A DNA stretch of 64,000 nucleotides from Nitrososphaerota archaeon (GTDB lineage: Archaea; Thermoproteota; Nitrososphaeria_A; Caldarchaeales; Caldarchaeaceae), in the NCBI GenBank assembly GCA_041641305.1, contig JBEPYN010000002.1:480001-544000 (forward strand), given 5' to 3'. How positions within the stretch are numbered: the stretch's first letter is position 1; each line of letters starts with the position of its first letter. The position numbers and the translations under genes were made by a program. A model generated the notes under the pieces. That model saw nothing but the letters and a program-made list of their open reading frames with translations. It did no database searches and was not told the origin of the DNA. Below are positions 56,804-64,000 of this stretch, piece by piece.

Positions 56804-59110
56804 TTGAAGCTATCAAAAAGGGTTGAGGACCCGCGTCTTCTGCGGGGAGAGGGAATTTTCATAGATGACCTCGCTTTTCCCCAGATGCTTCATCTAGTTT
56901 TTGTCCGAAGCCCCTATGGCCATGCAAAAATAAAATCGATAAACAGCCATGAGGCGCTTAAGAAGGCTGTTGCGGTTATCGACGGCAGAACAGTGGCCAC
57001 AGAGGCTAAGCCGCTCTACACTCTGATTAGGGATGTAGCATATTATGGCATAGCTGTCGGGAAGGCGAGGTTTTTCGGCGAACCCGTGGCCATGGTCTTG
57101 GCCGAGACGCTTGGCGACGCTTATGACGCTGCTGAAGAAGTGGTTGTTGATTACGAGCCGTTGCCAGCGTTGGTTGACCCCGAGGAGGCGGCGAACTCCT
57201 CCAACCTTGTGCATGAAAACCTCGGCTCAAACGTGGTCCTGAGCCGTCGATTCATGTTTGGAGATGTTGAGAAAGTGTTCGCCGAAGCCGACACGGTTGT
57301 GAAGGAGAAGTTCTATTTTGACAGATATGCCGCGGCACCCATAGAGACCTGCGGGGTCATAGCTGTCCCGGGCAAGGACGGCTCACTAACCGTTTACGAC
57401 AACCAGCAGACACCTCAGCTTTTCAAAAAATCTATAGCACAATCCCTCGGGCTTCAGCCAGAGAAGCTACGGTTCATCGAACACGACATAGGAGGCGGAT
57501 TTGGAGTAAAAATAATGCTCTACCCATATGTTTTCCTAACCTGTTTCGCCGCTCTCAAGCTCAGAAAACCTGTAAAATGGGTGGAGACGCGTCGTGAACA
57601 TTTGACAGCTATGGCGCATAACTCCAACAGAGTGACTGTTGCGGAGATGGCTTTGAGGAGAGATGGCAGGGTAACTGGTTACCGGACAAGCTTCATAGAG
57701 GATGTGGGCGCGTATGCCCGGCTCCCAGACCCTGGTGGAACGGTGCGCTCGCTCATGACATACCTCGGATGCTACGATATCCAAAACGTTGACGTCGAGT
57801 TCAAAGTTGTCTTAACAAACAAGTGTCCCACGGGCCCGGTGCGGGGATACGGGTGTCAGCAGGCCTACTTCGTCCTCGAACGCATGATGGACATCGCGGC
57901 TCGGGAGCTCAGGTTAAACCCTGTTGAGATTCGTCTTAAAAACATGGTGGAAAATGTGCAGCAGCCCTACCGCACTGTTTTCGGAAGCCTCTACGACGGC
58001 GGCGACTACAAAACCACACTACTCAAGGCTTGGAGCCTATCACAGGCTGAGAAATATCGCGGAGAACAAGATGTCGGTGTTGGCGTGGCTTGTGTGGTGG
58101 AGCCTGCTGTGACAAATCTCGCCCGCAACAAGCTGCTTTTCCCAGAGCTTGAGTCATCCGGCTCCGGAGAGGGTGCTGTGGTGAGGATGGAGGAGTCGGG
58201 AAACATAACTGTCTACGCTGCTTCTATCCCACAGGGACAGGGCCACGCAACAGTGCTTACGGAACTCGTATCAGAAGTTCTGGGCGCCCGGCCTGAGCAG
58301 GTGCGTATAGTATTCGGCGACACGGACCGTGTTTATCCAAGCCCATACGGCGGCACATGGGCAAGTAGGTTCAGCGTCATGACGGTGGCAGCGGTCAAAA
58401 AATCATGCGAAACACTGAAACAGAGAATTCTCGAGATAGCCGCCGAAATTCTCGAGACTTCGGCAGAAGACCTTGAGATCAGGGATGGCGAAGTATACGT
58501 GAAGGGGTCGGATGTCTCCATATCGTTTGAGAAACTTGCGGCAACAGCCTACCGCAACTCCCTCACCGTCAGAGGCAAGCACACAAGTCTTCAAGCAGAA
58601 TGTTTCTATGAGTTCCCGACATTCAACACCGGTGAACCGGGTAAAATCAACATGTCAGCCACCTACGGAAACTCGGCACACGTAGCCATAGTCAAGGTCG
58701 ACAGAGAGACGGGCGAGGTCAAGATTCTGCGATATGTAGCCGTACATGACTGTGGAAAAATATTGAACAAGAATATAGTGGATGGTCAGATAATCGGCGG
58801 AGTCATGCAGGGGATTGGTGCAACGCTTTATGAGGAAATTGTCTATGATGAAAACGGTCAGATGCTGACGGCTCACTTTAGCGATTATCTGCTTCCCACT
58901 GCAGAGGAGACGCCGGAGATAGTCATAGACCATGTTGAGACGCCGTCGATGTTCTCTGAGCTTGGTTCGAAGGGGATGGGAGAGGGTCCTCTGATACCGG
59001 TGGCAGCCGCCATAGTCAACGCGGTCGAGGACGCGGTCAAAACAAGGTTAACCAGGTCCCACCTATCCGCCAGCCGGCTCTGGGCAACAATAAATGGACA
59101 AAGTCTTTAA
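56804..59110 (+). CDS. Xanthine dehydrogenase family molybdopterin-binding (large) subunit
   Basis: RVEDPRLLRG, IGGGFGVK, GPVRGYG, QGQGH, DGQIIGG and KGMGEG. Confidence 0.93.
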   Translation: MKLSKRVEDPRLLRGEGIFIDDLAFPQMLHLVFVRSPYGHAKIKSINSHEALKKAVAVIDGRTVATEAKPLYTLIRDVAYYGIAVGKARFFGEPVAMVLAETLGDAYDAAEEVVVDYEPLPALVDPEEAANSSNLVHENLGSNVVLSRRFMFGDVEKVFAEADTVVKEKFYFDRYAAAPIETCGVIAVPGKDGSLTVYDNQQTPQLFKKSIAQSLGLQPEKLRFIEHDIGGGFGVKIMLYPYVFLTCFAALKLRKPVKWVETRREHLTAMAHNSNRVTVAEMALRRDGRVTGYRTSFIEDVGAYARLPDPGGTVRSLMTYLGCYDIQNVDVEFKVVLTNKCPTGPVRGYGCQQAYFVLERMMDIAARELRLNPVEIRLKNMVENVQQPYRTVFGSLYDGGDYKTTLLKAWSLSQAEKYRGEQDVGVGVACVVEPAVTNLARNKLLFPELESSGSGEGAVVRMEESGNITVYAASIPQGQGHATVLTELVSEVLGARPEQVRIVFGDTDRVYPSPYGGTWASRFSVMTVAAVKKSCETLKQRILEIAAEILETSAEDLEIRDGEVYVKGSDVSISFEKLAATAYRNSLTVRGKHTSLQAECFYEFPTFNTGEPGKINMSATYGNSAHVAIVKVDRETGEVKILRYVAVHDCGKILNKNIVDGQIIGGVMQGIGATLYEEIVYDENGQMLTAHFSDYLLPTAEETPEIVIDHVETPSMFSELGSKGMGEGPLIPVAAAIVNAVEDAVKTRLTRSHLSASRLWATINGQSL

Positions 59111-59133
59111 GACACCCAAAAAACAGGGAAGAC

Positions 59134-60318
59134 GTGCCATCATACATAATCAAAAACGCTGGAACAATCCTCACAGGAGACATATACAAACCTGTGGCGG
59201 ACGGAAACAGCATATACATCAAGGATGGAGTAATCGAAGAAGTGGGTTGGAACATTTCACGGCAGGCGGACGGCGTCTTCGACGTCAACAACATGACAGT
59301 CATGCCTGGTTTATTTGATTCACATGTCCATCCAGTTTTCGGAGACTTTACACCGCGGCAGAACACACTCGGCTTCATCGAATCCTCTGTCCACGGCGGG
59401 GTAACAACATTCATCTCAGCAGGTGAGGTGCATCTACCTGGAAGACCGCGTGGCGACAAGGAAGCGTCAAAAGCCCTCGCCATCATCACACATAAATCAT
59501 TCAAAAACATTCACCCGCTCGGCGCCAAGATACACGCGGGCGCCCTTCTTCTTGAGAAGGGGATGACGGATGCGGATTTTGAGGAGGTTGTCAGGGCCGG
59601 GGTATGGCTTGTCGGTGAGGTGGGTCTAGGGAGTGTGCAGGACCCTGATGAAGCCGCTGTCATGGTGCGGATGGCGCAGAAACATGGGATGAAGGTAGTC
59701 ATCCACACAGGCGGAGCATCTATACCAGGAAGCACAATAAACAACGCAGAAGTAGTTCTCAAAGTCAGGCCCGACGTCGTGTCACATATAAACGGCGGCC
59801 CAACCTCGCCGTCGATACATGACATAAGAAAAATAATTGAAAACCTTAACTCCGCCATCGAGGTAGTCCAGTGCGGAAACTTCCGCTCGATGCTGGAGAC
59901 GGTTAAGATTCTTAGGCAGAAAAACGAGCTTCACAGGCTCATAATAGGTAACGATGCGCCATCAGGAACAGGCGTCATCCCACTCGGCATAATCAGAACA
60001 ATATCCTTCATAGCGTCTAACTCGGATGTCGAGGCTGAAAAAGTTGTATGCGCCGCGTCAGGCAACACCGGAAAAGTATTCGGGTTGAGAGAGGGAGTGA
60101 TTGAGGCAGGACGGCCGGCGGACCTTGTGGTCGTCGACGCTCCCTATGGCTCGGTTGCGAAGGATGCTGTGGAAGCTTTTTCAATTGGTGATATTCCTGG
60201 CGTGGCCATGGTGATGGTTGACGGAGTTCCACGTGTTGGACGCAGCAGGATGACGCCGCCGCCCACCCGAGCAATCAAGACAGAGGGTATAGCCAGGTTG
60301 CCGGAGGCAGGTCACTGA
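59134..60318 (+). CDS. Enamidase-like amidohydrolase
   Basis: DSHVHPVFGDFTPRQ, ISAGEVHLPGRP, HTGGASIPGS, HINGGPT and DAPSGTGVIPLG match the enamidase subfamily pattern. Confidence 0.85.
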   Translation: MPSYIIKNAGTILTGDIYKPVADGNSIYIKDGVIEEVGWNISRQADGVFDVNNMTVMPGLFDSHVHPVFGDFTPRQNTLGFIESSVHGGVTTFISAGEVHLPGRPRGDKEASKALAIITHKSFKNIHPLGAKIHAGALLLEKGMTDADFEEVVRAGVWLVGEVGLGSVQDPDEAAVMVRMAQKHGMKVVIHTGGASIPGSTINNAEVVLKVRPDVVSHINGGPTSPSIHDIRKIIENLNSAIEVVQCGNFRSMLETVKILRQKNELHRLIIGNDAPSGTGVIPLGIIRTISFIASNSDVEAEKVVCAASGNTGKVFGLREGVIEAGRPADLVVVDAPYGSVAKDAVEAFSIGDIPGVAMVMVDGVPRVGRSRMTPPPTRAIKTEGIARLPEAGH

Positions 60319-61304
60319 TGAAGCTCGGACTACGCCTACCCACCTACGCGAAGCCAGGCGATTTCTCCTCCTACGAGACACTGAAAAACTATGTTGCGCT
60401 GGCGGAGGACCTGGGTGTTGAAGGTTTTTTCGTCATAGACCATCTGCTCACCTCGAGGCCTGCTTACTCGACAAGCTGGCACGATCCTCTGATAGCTCTC
60501 TCCTTCATCGCCGCAGCCTCTAAAAAAGCAGTCATCGGCCCCATGATACTTGTTCTCCCGTTCAGAAACCCGTATCTTCTCGCGAAGCAGCTAGCGTCTC
60601 TGGATGTATACTCTGGAGGCCGTCTGATTCTTGGAGCAGGGGTTGGGTGGAACCCTGATGAGTTCAGGCTTTTGAATACGCCGCTGGAGAAACGAGGAGC
60701 CATAATGGATGAATACCTTGTCCTGCTGAAGAAGCTTTGGACAGAGGATAAAATCACTTTCGAGGGTAAGTTCTTCAACGTGTGGGACTTGGTTCTGGAG
60801 CCGAAGCCCAGCCAAAAGCCTCATCCACCTATTTGGATTGGTGGGGGCAGCCAGCCTCATGAAATACTCTATGGAGCAGCGGCCAAGGGCATTGACAGGG
60901 TGCTGTACCGTGTGGCGAAGTTTGCCGATGGCTGGATACCGCACTCGAGCTCCACACCCGAGATGGCGAGACAGGACTGGGAGAAGGTCAAGAAATATGC
61001 CACCGAGCTTGGACGCGACCCATACAAAATCCAAAAAGTATACTCGAACTTTGTCTACATCAAGAGGCCGGGCGACAGCGACGATGAAGCGGTCAAACGT
61101 TTCTCCCTCTACTCTGGCATGAACCTCGAATACTGGAAAAACTTCTACCTATACGGCACCGTCGAGGAGTTGGCTCGAAAGATAAAGAACCGGATACAGT
61201 CTCTCGAGGGTGTTGACTGGATTGTCCTCAACCCGGTGACTTATGAGGAGAGCCAGCTGCGGAAAATCACTGACGAGCTTGTACCGCTTTTAGATAATGT
61301 ATAG
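60318..61304 (+). CDS. LLM-class (probably F420-dependent) oxidoreductase
   Basis: IDH, VLPFRNP...AKQLASLD..SGGRLILGAGVGW and PKPSQKPHPPIWIGG. Confidence 0.9.
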   Translation: MKLGLRLPTYAKPGDFSSYETLKNYVALAEDLGVEGFFVIDHLLTSRPAYSTSWHDPLIALSFIAAASKKAVIGPMILVLPFRNPYLLAKQLASLDVYSGGRLILGAGVGWNPDEFRLLNTPLEKRGAIMDEYLVLLKKLWTEDKITFEGKFFNVWDLVLEPKPSQKPHPPIWIGGGSQPHEILYGAAAKGIDRVLYRVAKFADGWIPHSSSTPEMARQDWEKVKKYATELGRDPYKIQKVYSNFVYIKRPGDSDDEAVKRFSLYSGMNLEYWKNFYLYGTVEELARKIKNRIQSLEGVDWIVLNPVTYEESQLRKITDELVPLLDNV

Positions 61305-61336
61305 ACTTATATGTAGGAGTTTTAGGTGAAGCTTCT

Positions 61337-62551
61337 GTGAAAAAGTCCGTATTGGTCGCCATTGTTGCGGTGATAGTCGTTGTCGCTGTCGCTGCTTCTG
61401 CGGCCTTTCTCTTCCTGTCGCAGCGAAGCCTCGGCGTATCAGAGGTTAAGATTGGTGCGTTGGTTCCATTGACGGGGCCTTTCGCTGTTTACGGCTCCTA
61501 CACTCTCGACGGCATGAGGTTTGCTGTCGAGGAGATAAACGCTCGAGGAGGTGTTCTCGGCGCCCGTGTTGTCCTCGTGGAGGCTGACGAGAAGAACGAC
61601 GCCAAAGAGGCTGTGGCAATCTTCAAGAGAATGGCCGAGGTTGACAGGGTGACGGCGGTTGTTGGAACAATTTCGAGCGGGATTGGCGCGGTTCTCTCGG
61701 CGGAGGCGGAGCAGGCCAAGGTGCCGCTGTTCCTTGTAGCGGCCGGCTCCCACACTATATTGACCAAGGAGTCGCGGTACACCTTCAGAACATGTCTTCC
61801 ACCCGCTCCTACCAACGGTGAGCTGTTGGCGAACTTTGTCCGCGACAAGGGCTACAAACGCGTCGGCGTCATCATAGCCAGCTATGAATGGGGCTTCGCC
61901 ATCAGAGATGTCTTGGACAAAAGGTTGAAGGCGCTAGGTGTGCAGTATCAGATCGAGGAGGCGCCCCTAGGTGAAACAGACTTTACAACGGTTCTACGCA
62001 AGCTTCAGCCTCTGCAGCCAGAGGTCATGATACTCACCGGACATCCACCAGGCTTCCCAACGATCACGAAACAGGCCATCGAGCTTGGGTTCCAGTCCGA
62101 GTACTACATCGCATCCGTGCAGCCGCCTGAGCTGATGCTAAGGGGTGTAGGCGACATCGGCCTAGGCAAACTCGTGACCACCACCTGCGTAAACAGCGAA
62201 GCACCTGAGTACAGGCAGCTTGCGGAAAGGTTTTACCAAAAATATGGAAAATTCTTTGACCACAACGCTGTCACGGGCTACGTTACAGTCATGATGATAG
62301 CGGACGCTGTGGAGAAGACCAGGTCAGTTGACCCTGTCACTGTAGCGAACCACATACGGACAAGCGAATACAACTCGGCGATATTTGCCTGGCCCCTCTC
62401 CTACACCGAGTGGGGTGAGATAAAGAAGCCTTCTATGAGGTTGGCTGTAATCAAAGGAGGTAACCCCGGAAACATCAACCCCGGCGCCAACTGGGTTATC
62501 GAAACACTCTATGTCTCGCCGCCCGTGGAGCCTTACGTGCCCGAAAAATAA
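61337..62551 (+). CDS. LIV-type ABC transporter substrate-binding protein
   Basis: N-terminal anchor, KIGALVPLTG, EINARGGVLG and YTFR. Confidence 0.9.
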   Translation: MKKSVLVAIVAVIVVVAVAASAAFLFLSQRSLGVSEVKIGALVPLTGPFAVYGSYTLDGMRFAVEEINARGGVLGARVVLVEADEKNDAKEAVAIFKRMAEVDRVTAVVGTISSGIGAVLSAEAEQAKVPLFLVAAGSHTILTKESRYTFRTCLPPAPTNGELLANFVRDKGYKRVGVIIASYEWGFAIRDVLDKRLKALGVQYQIEEAPLGETDFTTVLRKLQPLQPEVMILTGHPPGFPTITKQAIELGFQSEYYIASVQPPELMLRGVGDIGLGKLVTTTCVNSEAPEYRQLAERFYQKYGKFFDHNAVTGYVTVMMIADAVEKTRSVDPVTVANHIRTSEYNSAIFAWPLSYTEWGEIKKPSMRLAVIKGGNPGNINPGANWVIETLYVSPPVEPYVPEK

Positions 62552-62574
62552 CCATCTTTTTATTTCTCTCTACT

Positions 62575-63333
62575 GTGGTGGATGAAGGGTTGACCACGAT
62601 GATTAGATGTGTCGAGGTTACGAAGTATTTTGGCGGCTTACCAGCGCTTAAAAACGTGAACCTCGAGGTAGAAGCCAACGAAATAAGGGCGATTATAGGC
62701 CCGAATGGTGCGGGAAAAACAACCCTCTTCAACGTGATCAACGGTATTTACAAACCATCCTCAGGGAAGATATTCTTTGACGGAAAAGACATTACGGGTA
62801 AGTCTCCTCACCAGATATTCAAGCTCGGCATGAGCCGAACTCTTCAGATTCCCAGACCCTTCAAGGATTTGACGGTGTGGGAAAATGTTCTAGCTGGCGG
62901 ACTATTCAACGATAGACTTGAGAGAACGGAGCTCGAGAAACATGTTTCAACACTGTTGGATAGGCTGGGTCTTGCCGCGAAGTCGGAGATGAAAGCAGGC
63001 CTCCTGAACCTGCAGGAAAGGAAGAAGGTTGAGCTAGCGAGGGCCCTTGCCTCGAAGCCTAAGGTGCTAATGGTTGACGAGTACATGAGTGGGCTTAACA
63101 CCGCGGAGGTTGAGGAAGCCGTAGACCTCTTCAGAGACCTGCGGCGGGAATATGGGCTAACTATCATATGGGTGGAGCATGTGATAAGCGCGGTCGCATC
63201 TCTTGCAGACAAGGTGACTGTGCTCAATCAGGGGACGAAGCTGGCTGAGGGGAAACCCGAGGAAGTCGTGATGGACCAAGAAGTTGTTGAAGCGTATTTA
63301 GGTGAGAAAGTTGCCGAAACTTCTTCAGCTTGA
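62575..63333 (+). CDS. livG: LIV-type ABC transporter ATP-binding protein
   Basis: FGGLPAL, GPNGAGKTT, RTLQ, ELARALA and EAYLG. Confidence 0.88.
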   Translation: MVDEGLTTMIRCVEVTKYFGGLPALKNVNLEVEANEIRAIIGPNGAGKTTLFNVINGIYKPSSGKIFFDGKDITGKSPHQIFKLGMSRTLQIPRPFKDLTVWENVLAGGLFNDRLERTELEKHVSTLLDRLGLAAKSEMKAGLLNLQERKKVELARALASKPKVLMVDEYMSGLNTAEVEEAVDLFRDLRREYGLTIIWVEHVISAVASLADKVTVLNQGTKLAEGKPEEVVMDQEVVEAYLGEKVAETSSA

Positions 63334-64000
63334 GAACCTAGACTCGGGATACGGCGACATACAGATTCTCTGGAATGTTTCGTTGACTGTGGAGAAGGGT
63401 GAGGTGGTGGCGGTGCTCGGCCCCAATGGAGCGGGAAAAACAACTTTGCTCAAAACAATCGCAGGCATAACAAAGCCTAAGAAAGGAAAGATTCTGCTTG
63501 AGGGAAAAAGAATTGACGGCCAGCCGCCTGAGAAAATCGTAGAAGAAGGTGTGGCCCTTGCTTTGGCCGAGAAAGAGCTTTTCCCGCTGATGACTGTGCA
63601 CGAAAACCTGATCCTCGGCGCATTCAACAAACGGGCCCGCCAAAAGTTGGATGAAAGCCTCGAGATAGTTTACAGCATCTTCCCCAAGCTAAAGGAGAGA
63701 GCTTCCCAGAAGGCCGGCACCATGAGCGGAGGGGAACAGCAGATGCTTGCAATAGGCAGAGCCCTGATGACAGACTCGAAGCTTCTTCTGCTGGATGAAC
63801 CATCAACGGGCTTGGCGCCACTGCTTGTGAAAACCATTTTCGACGCTTTGAGAAGGCTTATGGAGACAAAGAACGAGCTCTCCATCCTGCTTGTAGAGCA
63901 GCGGACCTTGCAGGCCGCGCAGCTCAGCGACAGAGGCTACGTGTTGTCAAACGGCCGCATCGTGTATGAGGGCGACATCAAAGACGCCGTATCCTCAAAG
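63311..64000 (+). CDS. livF: LIV-type ABC transporter ATP-binding protein (runs off the window)
   Basis: Manual translation from TTG 63311: SGYGDIQIL, GPNGAGKTT, MSGGEQQMLAIGRAL, LLDEPSTGLAP and LLVEQ. Confidence 0.9.
   Translation, partial: MPKLLQLENLDSGYGDIQILWNVSLTVEKGEVVAVLGPNGAGKTTLLKTIAGITKPKKGKILLEGKRIDGQPPEKIVEEGVALALAEKELFPLMTVHENLILGAFNKRARQKLDESLEIVYSIFPKLKERASQKAGTMSGGEQQMLAIGRALMTDSKLLLLDEPSTGLAPLLVKTIFDALRRLMETKNELSILLVEQRTLQAAQLSDRGYVLSNGRIVYEGDIKDAVSSK

Noticed and set aside
56804-59110. Aerobic CO dehydrogenase (CoxL)
   Set aside because: The active-site loop is GPVRGYG, not AYxCSFR, and there are no coxM/coxS or accessory genes alongside.

Overview
Archaeal chromosomal window, probably from a TACK archaeon of the Caldarchaeales/Aigarchaeota type. 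This is inferred from rps26e, rps8e-srp19-gar1-tfb synteny, TFE-beta, fibrillarin/Nop5, the Smc-ScpAB condensin and frequent TTG/GTG starts. Layout: (1) 1-16.9 kb is an informational block: pheS, uppS, an inactive-looking M24 peptidase, smc-scpA-scpB-rps8e-srp19-gar1-tfb-tfeB-rlmE, converging on nop5-flpA-rnhB-NTPase-trm1. (2) 17-33 kb is a surface-glycan island: a secreted FN3/glycoside-hydrolase-like protein, four GT4 enzymes, a flippase, two methyltransferases, two epimerases, ugd, galU and a decayed RelE toxin-antitoxin pair. (3) 33-38 kb holds DUF1404, an orphan atpD, proS, htpX and rps26e. (4) 37.9-41.4 kb is an AT-richer insert. It encodes an IS110/Nop-fold (TIGR-Tas-like) protein with a partly degenerate catalytic centre, a ~160-nt rod-like RNA hairpin overlapping its 3' end, flanking inverted repeats and a methyltransferase-ATP-grasp fusion; a diverged second copy of the module lies at 34.7-35.0 kb. 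(5) 41.5-64 kb is catabolic genes, including a candidate nicotinate/N-heterocycle cluster (Mo-hydroxylase, enamidase, F420-type LLM reductase, LIV ABC transporter). The best candidate for an undescribed system is the compact IS110/Nop-like protein plus structured RNA at 38.2-39.5 kb. No tRNA, rRNA or CRISPR array was recognised. All calls come from reading motifs by eye; no database searches or folding programs were run.
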